From the human T2T-CHM13v2.0 reference genome, Homo sapiens: a stretch of 64,000 nt of DNA. The stretch lies in assembly GCF_009914755.1 (NCBI RefSeq), contig NC_060929.1, one strand, 5' to 3'. The notes under the pieces are model-generated. The model worked only from the letters and a program-made list of their open reading frames with translations, was not told the origin of the DNA and did not search any database. Position 1 is the first letter of the stretch. Each line of letters begins with the position of its first letter. The translations under genes and the position numbers were made by a program. Below, piece by piece: positions 29,143 to 44,922 of the stretch.

Positions 29143-29195
29143 TGTAGTATATGAGCTTACTTTGTTCTTTGGTTCTCAATGGCATTTCTCTTGCA

Positions 29196-29490
29196 TTTTT
29201 TTTGAGACAGAGCCTTGCTCTATTGCCCAGGCTGGAGTGCAGTGGCGCAGTCTCGGCTTACTGTAACCTCCGCCTCCTTGGGTTCAAGTGATTCTCTTGC
29301 CTCAGCCTCCCAAGTTGCTGGGACTACAGGCGCATGTCACCACGCACACCCAGCTAATTTTTGTATTTTTAGTAGAGACAGGGTTTGACCATGTTGGCCA
29401 GGGTGGTCTTGAACTCCTGACCTCAGGTGATCTGCCTGCGTCGGCCCCCCAAAGTGCTGGGATTATAGGTGTGGACCACTGTGCCTGGCC
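29196..29490 (-). mobile_element. Alu (AluS-type)
   Basis: Full length. Confidence 0.9.
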
Positions 29491-29833
29491 TTTTTTTTTT
29501 TTTTTTTAATGGACTCAATTTTTATAACTTAAAATAATATAAAAATATTTGGGATGTTTTCAGATTCTGAAACCTTAAAAAAGAAAGAGTTGATTATTTG
29601 ATAACTGTGATAGATGCTAAATATGCAGCAACCTTTATGTGGATCACTTTAATAACAGTGTTAAGCCTTACCCATTGCTGCGTATTATACAGCAGAATTT
29701 AAGAAGTTTGTTTTAGTCAGAATTAAGATTTTTGACCAACACATTTTTATTTTATGGATGCCTCCTAGTTATCCCTATGAAGTTCTTTTTCATAGTAGTT
29801 AAATTAATATTTACTCACTTCTTTCCTTGGCAG

Positions 29834-29945
29834 ATGAAGACAAAATTTGGCCCCCATGTATTAGAGTAATTGTCATTAGATCACCTGTGTTGCAGATAGG
29901 ATCACTCTTTATCATTACTGCTGTAAACCCTGCTACAATTGGAAG
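29834..29945 (+). CDS. AGGF1: AGGF1 exon 7 (DEDKIWPPCIRVIVIRSP...ATIGR, FHA start)
   Basis: ttggcAG acceptor, AAG|GTAAAA donor, 112 nt. Confidence 0.95.
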
Positions 29946-30003
29946 GTAAAATGGTTAATATTATTATATCATTCTTTCAGTTATTTCAGAAAGGCTTTAT
30001 TAA

Positions 30004-30323
<320 letters not shown>

Positions 30324-30608
30324 TTATGTTAAGCATTATTCTATGTGCTGTGGATACAAAGAGGACTAATGCAAAATGTCTACCCAAAGGAAGCACAGTC
30401 TAGGGGGAAAGAAGACATGAGTAAATAATCACTGTGTGAAAGCACAGGAAATCTAGAGTAGCAGTAAGGAAACTGGATAATCCATAACCAGGAGATTTAC
30501 TGTTGATAGACGTGTATTTTAACATTATCTGTTTTTTAAAATTCTTTCCATGTCACTTTATATAATATGCTTCAAAAATTATTAAAGACACTTTACTTAA
30601 CTCTGCAG

Positions 30609-30660
30609 AGAAAAGGATATGGAACATACTCTCCGAATCCCTGAAGTTGGTGTCAGTAAG
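30609..30660 (+). CDS. AGGF1: AGGF1 exon 8 (EKDMEHTLRIPEVGVSK, FHA)
   Basis: ctctgcAG acceptor, AAG|GTAAGC donor, 52 nt. Confidence 0.95.
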
Positions 30661-31222
30661 GTAAGCTCTTTGATTTATCAAATATAGTCCCCTAGATGTA
30701 ATTTTTTATATTATTATTACAGTAGAAAGCTTAGGGATTTTTCTCATTTAATAGGAAGGTTAACATGCAGTGTAGTAATGGTAATAAAGGCAGTGCAGAT
30801 CTGTTTATTCCAGTGCTTGAGAAAATAATTCTTTATCACAATTTGAATAAATAAAATTATGTTTATTTTTAAGAATCTGGACAAGAGTAGAAAGCATATG
30901 AAGTCTTAAAGTAGTACCCACTTAATGAATATTTATTGAGTGAAATAAATAGGCTACATTTTATGACCTTTAAAAAATGAATCTTACCTGGCTTCTGGCT
31001 ACTTTAGTAGGTGGTTACTTTGAGCCGGAGGATTTCACAACCCAAGAATATATCCTATACCACTCAGGGTTCTTGTTTAAAACTTCTCCTAATTGAGCAT
31101 CTAATGGTTTCAGGAAAAAGAACAATTGAGTTTTCAAAACAAATAGAACAGAATTGCAACTCAAGTTATAAGTAGAAAACAACTAAAGGTTTAGCTGCTG
31201 AGATTCTTTATATATTTTTACT

Positions 31223-31522
31223 TTTTTTTTTTTTTTTTTTGAGATAGGATTTCACTCTGTTACCCAGGCTGGAGTACAGTGATGTGATCACGACTCACTG
31301 CAGCCTCATCTTCCCGGGTTCAAGCAATCCTCCCGCCTCAGCCCCGAAGGTAGCTGGGACTACAGGCATACTCTACCATGCCCAGCTAATCTTTATGTAT
31401 TTCATAGAGATGCAGTTTCACCTGGGTGTTCGCTAGGCTGGTCTCAAACTCCTGGGCTCAAGTGATCTTGCCTCTGCCTCCCAAAGTGTTGGGATTACAG
31501 GCGTGAGCCACCGCGTCTGGCT
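31223..31522 (-). mobile_element. Alu (AluJ-like)
   Basis: Full length, diverged. Confidence 0.88.
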
Positions 31523-31964
31523 GAGGCTCTTTATATTTCTCTTTCCTGTACTATGTTTTCTGTGTTTTCTCTCTCCTCTCTTATGGTTGTTATCTTTTTT
31601 CCTGTTTTGCTTTTCTCTTTTTTTGACCTTCCATTGTTCCCATTTTGCTTTTATTTAACGGACTGTAATGTGGACCTAAAGTAGATTTTATGTGATGTTT
31701 GTCTTTTTGGAATATAATTTCTCATTTTTAATTTGAAAGTCCATTTACTTTCACTTTCTGGGGACTCATTCAGAAAGAGGAAAAAGTCCTCTTAATTTTA
31801 ATTCTAAGCAGATTATGTTGCTTTTTTACTTTTTTACTATGACCTTGAGTCTCCTGCCTCCAAAAAAATAAAACAACACCTAATCTGTAACTTAAATAGC
31901 AAAGCGATCTGAGATCCTTCCCCACCTCCAGTCTAAACCATAGATAGTTCTATGGTGGCTTTTT

Positions 31965-32148
31965 CTTTTTCTTTGTTTCTTTTTTTTTTTTTTTTTTTTT
32001 TTTTATAGAGACAGGGTCTTAACTGTGTTGCCCAGGCTGGAATGCAGTGGCACGCACCACAGCCTCTGACACCTCCTGGGCTTAAGTGATCCTCCTGCCT
32101 CAGTTTCCTGAGTAGCTAGCACTATAGGCACACACCACCACACCAGGC
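31965..32148 (-). mobile_element. Partial Alu (right arm)
   Basis: poly(T) plus one Alu arm. Confidence 0.8.
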
Positions 32149-32299
32149 TTCTGGTGGCATTTCTGTTTTTTCTTTCATTTAAACTAACATCCGCTAGTGG
32201 GGTGGATAATTTGTTGGTGAAGTCAGTTTGATAGCACATATAACATGTATCCAAATAGATGAAAAACTTTTAAAAAAGAAGCTTAATGTTAGGGGAAAA

Positions 32300-33620
<1,321 letters not shown>

Positions 33621-33739
33621 TAGATAGAGTGTTATGGAACAAGGAGGGAAAGATTAGTCCTAACTATTGAACATCTTGGAAACTTCTCTGAGAAGTTGGC
33701 CTTGAGTGTTTCAAATCACATTTTGTATTAAGAATTTTT

Positions 33740-34031
33740 GGCCAGGTGTGGTGGCTCATGCTTGTAATCCCAGCACTTTGGGAGGCTGAGGCGGGAGGAT
33801 CACTTGAGCTCAGGAGTTTGAGACCAGCCTGGGCAACATGGTGAAACCCTGTCTCTACAAAAATTACAAAAATTAACCAGGTATGGTGGCACATGCCTGT
33901 GGTCCCAGCTACTCAGGAAGCTGAGGTGGGAGGATCGCTTGAGCCCAGGAGGTCAAGGCTGCAGGAAGCGGTGATCACACCACTGCACTGTAGCCTGGGT
34001 GACAGAGCGAGACCCTGTCTCAAAAAAAAAA
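33740..34031 (+). mobile_element. Alu (AluJ-like)
   Basis: Full length. Confidence 0.9.
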
Positions 34032-34374
34032 GTTTTTGATGATATGGACCAAAAAAAAAAAGTTTTTAATGATATGTACAAATACTTACATTAGGTCAAA
34101 ATTTTTCAAATTATAATCTCTAGTACCAAAGGAGAAGAGGTAGGACATATTCTAAATTTTTCATGGTAATTAAAGGTAGATTTATAGATGACATTTTCTT
34201 CTATAGCCTCTGTTTCTACCAGAAGCATATAATAGTTTGTGTTTCTAAAAAAGTATTAAGTATAATAAAATTTAAATTATCAAAGGCTCAAGTTAACATC
34301 ATCATATCATACAGAAATTGTCCATAGTTTTGAAAAGTATAATAATTAATAATTGCTTGATTTCACTTTCTAAG

Positions 34375-34476
34375 TTTCATGCAGAAATTTATTTTGACCA
34401 TGACTTACAAAGTTATGTCCTTGTGGATCAAGGCAGTCAAAATGGCACAATTGTTAATGGAAAACAGATTCTTCAG
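34375..34476 (+). CDS. AGGF1: AGGF1 exon 9 (FHAEIYF...DQGSQNGTIVNGKQILQ, FHA core)
   Basis: tttctaAG acceptor, CAG|GTGAGT donor, 102 nt; FHA S-x-N-G-T motif. Confidence 0.95.
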
Positions 34477-34847
34477 GTGAGTGTATATGTGTTAATTTGT
34501 TACCTGCACATTATTTTTAAACTGATTTTTTTTTATTTCTGAAGGGCATAATCTTTATCATTTGGTTCAGAGTAGAGTTAAGCCCAAATGTGTTACTTCG
34601 GAAGGAATTTCCAGAAAGGCTGAAAAAAGTGTATAATCAGTGGGTACTTACTTGGCTGTTGAGTTTTGACTTCTAATTATGTATCTATGCCTTATTTTCA
34701 GTTATGACTCCATTGTAAAGCTATTCAGAGTAAGTGTGTAAATGTCTCAATAGCAACTTTGAAGGTCGTCCCTTTTTTTATTGTCTTAATGGAAATGTTA
34801 CTAAATTGAAAACTGTATTAAAGGGAAAAGCTATGTCTATTCAGTTA

Positions 34848-35295
<448 letters not shown>

Positions 35296-35633
35296 TTATC
35301 CCATTCTCTTAACATTTCATCTTTTTTTATTGTGATGATTATATGTTTTGGTAATAGATTGAAGTCTAGAATTGGATATTTCTGATTGGATAGGGAGACT
35401 GGTGGGTTTGACAAGTTGCTCAGTTCAGCTATCTTCATCTCCAATAGTAGTACTTTTTTTATGGGTCATTAAGTTGGGGAAGTGTGTGCATGTGTGTATG
35501 TGTATGTGTCTATTTCATTTATAGCTATTTTAAATATATTTTAAAAATTATAATCAGACATTACTTACAGTAGATGTAAGGTAACCATAAGTGATTGTTT
35601 TGATTTCTGTTTTGTAAAATGTTTCCCCTCTAG

Positions 35634-35799
35634 CCGAAAACTAAATGTGACCCTTACGTACTTGAGCATGGAGATGAAGTCAAAATTGGAGAAACTGTCT
35701 TATCCTTTCACATTCATCCTGGCAGTGATACCTGTGATGGCTGTGAACCAGGGCAGGTTAGAGCCCACCTTCGCCTTGATAAGAAAGATGAATCTTTTG
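35634..35799 (+). CDS. AGGF1: AGGF1 exon 10 (PKTKCDPYVLEHGDEVKIG...)
   Basis: cccctctAG acceptor, TTG|GTATGT donor, 166 nt. Confidence 0.95.
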
Positions 35800-37182
35800 G
35801 TATGTGAAACAGATTAAATGTGGCTGTGATAACATTTCTCTTTCATTACCTAAATGTTCTAAAAAACATCAGTCAGCTACTGGCTACATGTCTAATTGAT
35901 ACGATACTGCATTGAGAGATATTTTATACAAAGCTATCAGTCTTGTATCCAGTTGATCTAATAATAGATTGAGATATATTTCATAAATATTACCAAATGA
36001 GACTAAGAAATAACATATATTTGGAAGTTGAGACCTAGGCTAATAGATTATAATTGTAGTTGATTTTTCTGTGTAATAATTTAGCTTCATGATATGTAGC
36101 ATTGGTCTGCTTTTTGACCAGGAAAGAGATTGATAAGCTCTCTTTCTGCTAATCCAGTTTAGTAGGCTTTTGAGGCAGACTGTAGTGGTAGTCAAATGTA
36201 CTTAAGAGCAGTTGTAATTGAAAATTGGTAAGAGAGTAGATTTTAAGTGTTTTTACCATACACAAAAAATGATAAGTACATGAAGTAGTAATGGGTATGT
36301 TAATGAGGTTGATTTAGCCAGTTAACAGTGTATACCTACATCAAAAATCATGTTGTATACCATATATACAATTTTTATCAATTAAAATAATTTAAAAAGT
36401 AATTATGACTTAAGTAATAATTTAATAAAGACTGGTTTCCTTTTGACAGGTATGTATTGATGTAAAAAAAGTCATCCACAGTTGAACTCTGTCATATAAT
36501 ATTAACGTAGGAAATAATAAGCCAAGGCATGAAGGGTTATTGATTGATACGTTTTCTGTCCTATTGATAGCTCGTGCTGTATATTGTCTATGTACCATTA
36601 TTCTTTATTATAATAGCACTGTAGGATATTACTGTTTTGCTTTCAGCCCAGCCATCGAAAGCTCTTAAAATTTAAATAGATGCTTTGAACTAGTAAGAGG
36701 TCATCTTTTTTGACATAAATTTTCCCCCTAAATGCCAAGTTTGCATGTTCATTGTTTATTTTTTGTTTTCTGATACTAATTTGAAAATGAATATGTTGCA
36801 TTACACAATAACATGAATTTTGGTTTCTCTGGCTTTTATTTTGCATATGGCTATGTTCCTTTGCAAAATTTACTTAATATTTCTGCATTTGAGATTCTAT
36901 TACAATAATCATATTGAAAAATCGAGATGTTCATTGTTCATTTTGGTAGCTATAAGATTCCTATTATCTGTGGTTTTTGCTTTACTTCTCAATTAGGTTT
37001 AGTTACCAAAATGCTGAAAGGACATCATCACAACCCAATATCCTTTATATTAATGTTTATTTCAACTTCTGGTTAATTGGAATGGGTTATATTAGTTTTT
37101 TATTAATTAAATAACATTAGTTTTAATTTTGTACAAAATCAGATTTAGTGGCTTTTTTTTAACCAAACTTTTTTTCTTTCAG

Positions 37183-37265
37183 TTGGTCCAACACTAAGTA
37201 AGGAGGAAAAAGAGTTGGAAAGAAGAAAAGAATTAAAGAAAATACGAGTAAAATATGGTTTACAG
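37183..37265 (+). CDS. AGGF1: AGGF1 exon 11 (VGPTLSKEEKELERRKELKKIRVKYGLQ)
   Basis: ttctttcAG acceptor, CAG|GTGAGG donor, 83 nt. Confidence 0.95.
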
Positions 37266-37699
37266 GTGAGGATGTTGAATATTGTTTCATTTGTTAAGCT
37301 GTATATCTGGTTTTGAGTAAAAATGTCTTTAAATATGCTCAGTACATTTTATATATAAATAGTTGTGTAGTATGATTTCGTGATTTGTATTAGTTTACTG
37401 TTCTGGTATTCATAACCTAAAAACTATTGAAGTTGGAGTAGAAAAATGATAATAGCCTACATTTGAATATACATTTCTGGTTTTCAGAAAACTTGCATTA
37501 AGATGCCTTGACATAACTAGACATGATAGTGTCTGTAGTTTGTAGTCCCTGGTACTTGGGAGGCTGAGGCAAGAAGATCGCTTTAGATCAGGAGTTCAAG
37601 GCTGCAGTGAGCTGTGATCACACTTATGAATAGGCTCTGCACTCCAGCCTGGGCAATATAGCGAGATCTTATCTCTACAAAATGATGCCATTGATTGAA

Positions 37700-39890
37700 C
37701 AACATAGTTGGAGAACTAATATGACCTGATGTAAAGACTTATTATAATTAAACTGCAGTGATTAAGGTAGTATCATATTGGCATAAAGATAAATGGATGG
37801 AACAAAATAATAGTCCAGAAGTAGATCCATGTATATGTGTGGACAATTAATTTTTGATAAAGGTGTGATGGCAGTTTGGTGGAGAAAGAGTGGTCTTTTT
37901 TTTTTTTTTTTTTTTTGAGACAGAGTCTTACTCTGTCACCCAGGCTGGAGTGCAGTGGCACAATCTCAGCTCACTGCTACCTCTGTCTCCTGGGTTCAAA
38001 TGATTGTCCTGCCTCAGCCTGACAAGCAGCTGTGATTGCAGGGGCCCGCCACCACGCCCCGCTAATTTTTGTATTTTTAGTAGAGACAAGGTTCACAGCG
38101 TTGGCCAGGCTGGTCTTGAACTCCTGACCTCAGGTGATCTGCCCACCTTCGCCTCCCAAAGTGCTGGGATTACAGGTGCGAGCCACTGTGCCCGGCCAAG
38201 AGTGGTCTTTTACAACAAATGGTGGTAGAATAATTGGATGGCCTTACCAAAAAAAAAAACACAGACAAAAAGAATGTTGATCCATACCTTGAACCATCTA
38301 TAAAAATGATCCAAAAGTGGATCATAGATATAAAAGTAAAACCTAAAACTTTAAAACTTCTAGAAACTTTTTTTTTAAAGGCAAAGATTCTAACACCAAA
38401 AGCACAATCCTTAAGAACAAATTGATAATCTGTATTTCTTCAAAATTAAAAATTAATGTTTTTCTAAAGACACTATTAAGAGACTGAAAAGACAAGCCAC
38501 AGCTGGAGAAAATATTTGCAAATCATGTATCTGGTCAAAGACTTCTATATCTAGAATATACAAAAAACTTTCAAAACTTAATAATAAGAAAACAACTCAG
38601 TTAAAAAATGGGCCAAAGATTTGAATAGATGCTTCACCAAAGAAGATATGCTGATGGCAAATAAACATCTGAAAAAATGTTCAGTATTATCAGTCTTTAA
38701 GGAAATGCAAATTAAAACCACAATGAGATACCACTACACATCTATTAGAATGCCTAAAATTTTCAAAACTGACTATAACAGGTATTGGAAGGGTTGTGGA
38801 GGAACTAGAAATCTCATACACTGCTGGTGGGAATGTAAAATGGTGCGGTTGCTTTGGTAGTTTCTTAAAAAGTTAAACATACACCTATTTTACAAGTTAG
38901 CCATTCTACTCTGAGATATTTACCCAAGGTAAATGCAACCATATGTGCATAAAAAGACCAGTAAACAAATGTTCATTGCATTTTTTTTTTGAATAACCAA
39001 AAACTGAGAAAAACTCAAATGTCTGTCATATATGGATAAGCAAACTATGGTGTTATCTGTATGGTGAAAATACTACTTAGCAATAAAAAAGCAGGAACTA
39101 GTAATATAGGCCACAACCTGGATGAATCTCAAAATAGTTATGTTGAGTGAAGCCAGATAAAACACGTGTATGTGCTTCCACTTGTGGAACAATTTCACTA
39201 TTCACTGGTTTCCAACTTGTCTGAGGTCTGTGAGACGGAACACACTCTCATACAAGTTACATGAAGCAAACTTACTACTTACAAATAGTGAGCAAGAGAT
39301 GACAGAAGCCTAGGATTTATTGGGAAACCAACCCCCAAAGCTCAGAAAGCTGCCTTCTGGGTGAATGGAGTCTCAACTGTGTGTGCCCTACTTGCACAGC
39401 AGTTGAGCAACCCTGGAAAGCATCGCACCTTGGGTTATGTACCTCAGGGTTATTTGACGCACTGGGCTAAAATGTTGAAGGACATCCTGTTTCCAGGTGG
39501 GGACTGGAACAGAGCCTGGACTGTTTTAGCCAATCCCTCCTTACCTCAGGATGTTGCATTCCCAGCACATTCTGGTTGGTGTTGAGAACTACAAACAAGA
39601 AAGTGGGAAGAACTGTTCTGCACCATTTATGTAAACTTCTAGGAAAGCAAACTAATGTATTGTGACAGAAGGAAGATGAGTGATTGCTTAGACACAAGGG
39701 AGGAATGCTACACAGGGAAGGTCTGGAGAGTTGGATTACAAAGAGAGACAAGGACACTTTTGGGAGAGATGGATATGTTTATTATCTTGCTTATGGTGAT
39801 AGTTTCATAGGTCCATAAATCCCAAAAGCATCTCATTGTACACTAAGTATGTATGATTTATTTATATTAATTATACCTCAATAAAGTTGT
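37700..39890 (+). mobile_element. L1MB/MC-type fragment containing an antisense Alu (37896-38197) and an ERVL-type LTR (about 39183-39620)
   Basis: L1 motifs ggaaatgcaaattaaaaccacaatgagataccactacac and ttatacctcaataaag 3' end; Alu TSD AAGAGTGGTCTTTT. Confidence 0.8.
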
Positions 39891-41285
39891 TTTTTAAAAA
39901 AGTTACCACTTAATCCTGTAAATAGACCAGGAAGGCAATTAATTAATATTTCTAGTTTACTTTTGAGAAACTAAAGCTTAGTAGCCCAGCTATTAAATTG
40001 TAGAGCTAGATATAGAATCTAGGTCTTAAGTATATTTGTGCTAAATTTTTATACTTCAAGAAGATGTGGAAAAAGAAGTTGCTGCCAAAATAACATATTT
40101 TTTCTGTCAAATTGTATCTTTCGTTGTTGTTGCTGTTTTACTTAGGTAGAGAAATCATAGAAAAAAGCAAGATAGGCCAATTTGGGGGGAAAATAGAAGA
40201 CATTTAAGGAGAGAATAAAATTGTTTTGCCAAAAATTTTAGCTCAATTTCTTTATTGTCTTCTGGAGGAAAAACTTACTAGGATAGATAGTTCTATATTT
40301 TTCTTCTCTTTTTAAAAGCAAAATTAATTAAAAGCTTCTGTCGTACCTTCCTTGAGTTGCTCTCCAGTCCCTAGCATCTCTCTGGATGAGTATCATACTT
40401 TTTATATAAAGATCAGCAAGTTATAACAAAGGGAAAGGGAAGGCTTCTATGAATGCTGAATTGACTACCCCTTCTTTGTGCCACCACCACACCTTGTGTA
40501 TACCTTTATTGAACCACTCGTACTGCAACAGGCCAAAGAAAGATTATGCATGTCTTCCCTCTGGCATTCCATTACCTAGCATGGAGCTTGACATACTCTT
40601 TTTCTAGGGAATGTTTGTTAAGTGACTAATAAGTCACTTAAATGGAGCTTTATTGAAGCAAAAAACTATTGTTGCCAGGGTAAATGGGTTTTTTAAAAGT
40701 CTCTACATTTCTCCCTTCCAAGAAACAGTGTCAAACTACTATAGGTCCCTTGGAACTTTCAGTTCCTTAGAGAAAAGGGGAGATAGATTTTTTTCCCCCC
40801 AAACCCCAGGGATTCTGTATTTTTCTTTGAATACTAGTAGTTCATATGACAAGATGAGAACACAGCATTAAGTCAGAATATACTGTTATTTTCACCATAT
40901 CATCTTCTTATGTATATGTATGTTGTGGCATAACTTGAAATATAAACATTTTAAAGGGAATAGACTAAAAGTAGCATATCTAATATGACAATTTCTTCAT
41001 ATCTTTTTTTTATAACTTTAATATAAATCAAGTAGAGATGGGGGTCTTGCTGTATTGCTCACACTGGTCTCAAACTCCTGACCTCTAGCTATCCTCTTGC
41101 CTCAGCTTCCCAAAATGCTAGGATTATAGGCATGAGCCACCTGTAATTTCTTCATATCATAGCTTGTTTTATTTCATTGTTTATAGAGGCCACATTGAAT
41201 CATATTCGTTAAGTAAGGCACATGTACAGAAATTGTTTTATTTATCAGCTTTCTTTTCCTGAATGAATATTTTGTGTTTATTAAG

Positions 41286-41413
41286 AATACAGAATACGAA
41301 GATGAAAAGACATTGAAGAATCCAAAATATAAAGATAGAGCTGGAAAACGTAGGGAGCAGGTTGGAAGTGAAGGAACTTTCCAAAGAGATGATGCTCCTG
41401 CATCTGTTCATTC
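41286..41413 (+). CDS. AGGF1: AGGF1 exon 12 (NTEYEDEK...YKDRAGKRRE...ASVHS)
   Basis: atttaAG acceptor (the frame-preserving one), TTC|GTAAGT donor, 128 nt. Confidence 0.93.
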
Positions 41414-41479
41414 GTAAGTTTTGAATTACAGTGGCTCGAAACATCCTTTGTTCATAATAACATTCATAGGGTGGTCTGA

Positions 41480-41811
<332 letters not shown>

Positions 41812-42719
41812 AATAAGTGGCCTTAAAATTAACACTTTAACAACAAAATGGAGACACTAAGTCTATTTATACTTTCCACTAATCTTGGAATTCTATTATC
41901 CCCTAAAAAATTGCTGAGCAAATACATGAGCACCTGTACTTAAACACACATATATGTATGTTAACAGTCTAGCCACACAGTTGAGTGTATATACTTTTAT
42001 ATGCTAGATATCTAGAAGCCTAGATTGGTAAGAACTTGGTATGGACTGGTATTTTTTAATAATTCTTTTAATACTCAAATACTTTTGTTCTTAATGACCC
42101 TGAAATATAATTTTTCTTATTTATTTTTCTCTGATTCAGTTTTCTCTTGGCAAAGTAGTCTGGATAAAAATGAAAAAGGTGATTTTTGAGGTTTGTAATA
42201 TGACCGTATTTCTGCATTTAATCAAATATTAGCTGCATTTTTTTCCTCAGAATATAAATTTTGAGTTTAGTTAAAATTTAAATTTTTCATGTAGAACTGA
42301 TAACTAATTATAAAGTTTTGATTCAATATCATATTGCATTGACTCTAAGAGTTTTATGGTTACAAATGGCAACATTTTTTTCTTAATGGTGCATAAAATA
42401 ATGGTGTACCTTAGAGTTGATGGAGTTTGATCCATTACCAACATTTTATTTGATGAAATATAGGATTACAAAGTAGGTACACTAAGCAACATGACACTTT
42501 TTTTAAGTTTAATGTTTAAAATATAATCTTGGAGAGTATAAAGAGTGCATTCAAATTAAATAAGACAAATTTAAAATAAAACACATTGGTTTGACATTGC
42601 TTGGTTATTAACTGAAGGGCTAACAGCATATTTTGTGGAACTGAAAAGATAGAACATAAAATACTCTTAAATTAGCAGAGTATAGAATCATAGGACAAAA
42701 ATGCAAACTGATTAAGAAG

Positions 42720-43290
42720 TTTTATTTCAATTTGAACTTTTTAATATGTAACATGTACAGAAAATTACACAAATTATAAGTATATAGCTCAATGATACAT
42801 CATAAGATTAACATATTGCAGAATACACATTTCTTGGACAAGAAATAGGAAATTATCAGTAACCCCAGAAGCTTATTCTCCCTGTGCCCCACCTAATCAC
42901 TGTCCTGCTGTCCTCCCGAAAGGTAATCACCATCCTAACAGCAATAGATTAATTTCACTTATTTTAAAATTTTAATGAAATGGAACAATTCAGTATTTAT
43001 TTTGTGTCTATATTTTTTGTGTTCCACATTATTTTGTTAGGTATGGTTTATTTTTATTGCTGAATAATATTCTACTGTATCACTATACCACAATTTATCC
43101 ATTTTAATCATTGCCAGACATCTGGATCATTTCTGATTTGTTGCTATTAGATTTGCTGGAAGAACATTGTTGTATGTGTGTTTTGGTGCACATGCACATG
43201 CTTTTCTAAGTAGGATATGTACCAGTGGAATTTGTGTGTCTTCAACTTTGTTAGGTAATGCCAAGCGGTTTTCTAAAGTAGTTGTACCAA
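42720..43290 (-). mobile_element. Ancient L1ME-type 3' fragment
   Basis: taccacaatttatccatt, ttttggtgcacatg, ttctaaagtagttgtaccaatt motifs. Confidence 0.65.
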
Positions 43291-43372
43291 TTACTTTTAA
43301 TTCATGAATTTATTATAAATGTGACCTAAAAGATCTTTTATAAATCAACTATCATTTTAATATTCCTTAAAG

Positions 43373-43472
43373 TGAAATTACTGATAGCAACAAAGGTCGG
43401 AAGATGTTGGAGAAGATGGGTTGGAAGAAAGGAGAGGGCCTGGGGAAGGATGGTGGAGGAATGAAAACGCCG
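43373..43472 (+). CDS. AGGF1: AGGF1 exon 13 (EITDSNKGRKMLEKMGWKKGEGLGKDGGGMKTP, G-patch)
   Basis: ccttaaAG acceptor, CCG|GTAAGA donor, 100 nt; canonical G-patch motif. Confidence 0.96.
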
Positions 43473-44059
43473 GTAAGACTTGGATTTTCTTTTATTCATT
43501 TATTCCTAGAGCAGACATTTACCGTGTACATTAATGTGCCAAACGTTGCCTTAAGTGCTAAGAATATAGTAGAAAGCAAAAGGAGACATGATTACTGCCT
43601 TTGTGGCATTCACAATTACCAAATATATACATGTGCTTTGTTTTGTGTTTTATATTTTTAGAAAGCCTCTTTTTGAGTTTTTTTCCCTACATTAAAGCTA
43701 GGGTGAGAAGTGCTGTTTCCTGAGCCAAAGGTTCTTCTGTGTTTTAGAGTCATTTTTAATAACTGTCAGAGCACTCAAGAACAATCACAGTGTTAGTTTA
43801 CAAACAGGTGGATTGTGTATGAGCTGAAAAATCTGTTTGGTTCAAGAATCAGAGCATGTAACATGAAATATAGAGAATAATCTCTGGAAAATGACATAGT
43901 GGTTTAATTAATGGTCCCATGGTTCGTAGGAGGTTTAGGTTATCTTTCACACAAACCTTAATAAGTAACCTGACTGTAGAACTTTCTGGATAATGAACTT
44001 AGTACCTAAAGAAATAATAGATGGATCAGTGTGAGTATATACCAGCTTTCTCATTTTTT

Positions 44060-44270
44060 TTGAGGTACAGTGGAAAGAACAAGGATTTTGTAGTCAGACC
44101 TAGGTTAGAATATGTGCTCTATCATTTACTAGCTATGTGGCTTTGGGCAAGTTTGGACTTTAGTTTTCTTATGAAAAAATGGGGATAAGAACTCTTTTTC
44201 AGGGTTGTCTTGAAGATAAAGCCCCTAAGCATTGTACCTTACATTAGGCACTCAGTAAATGGTAGCTTTG
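44060..44270 (+). mobile_element. MIR
   Basis: gtcagacctaggtt...tttactagctatgtggctttgggcaagtt...taggcactcagtaaatggtagct. Confidence 0.65.
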
Positions 44271-44721
44271 AATGTTCTTAAAATATTGAGAAGTGCTCCC
44301 CTCCTGTTATGAAAACAATCAAATTCTTTTTATGGTTATTAATGTTTAACCTGCTTGTTCACTTACTTAGATAAGGATAGGACAGTGGGTTTAAACATAT
44401 CCATTGCCTTTATTTCTGGTTAGGGTGGAATGACATACTCTGCAGCATCTAAATGAAATTTGGTGATTGCTAGTTAAGGAGCACTCTATTTTCTGTAAAG
44501 TAGGCTGTACTTATTGACAAGGCAAGACAACATAGAAAAATGAATGTAAGTTCCATGTATAAAGGTGTATATATTCCTGTATGTATTTGATGCATCTGAC
44601 AGGTTTTTCTTTTGCATCAATCTTTAATAAATCAAAAAATTGTAGAGTCCTAAGTTGGACACAGCAGATTTCAATGTGTTTAGACTCTAAAATAAGTCCT
44701 CTGCTCAACTTTTGGTAACAG

Positions 44722-44922
44722 ATCCAGCTTCAGCTTCGGCGAACACATGCAGGCTTGGGGACAGGCAAACCATCCTCATTTGAAGATGTTCACCTTCTCC
44801 AAAACAAGAACAAAAAAAACTGGGACAAAGCACGAGAGCGGTTTACTGAAAACTTCCCAGAAACTAAGCCTCAAAAAGATGACCCAGGGACCATGCCTTG
44901 GGTAAAAGGGACTTTAGAGTGA
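44722..44922 (+). CDS. AGGF1: AGGF1 exon 14 coding part (IQLQLRRTHAGLG...WVKGTLE*)
   Basis: aacAG acceptor; TGA 44920-44922; the exons total 2145 nt = 714 aa plus stop. Confidence 0.96.
   Translation: MQLQLRRTHAGLGTGKPSSFEDVHLLQNKNKKNWDKARERFTENFPETKPQKDDPGTMPWVKGTLE

Noticed and set aside
43361-43372. TTCCTTAA resembling a U12 branch point at the exon 13 acceptor
   Set aside because: It abuts the AG directly and the intron donor is GTAAGT (U2-type), not RTATCCT
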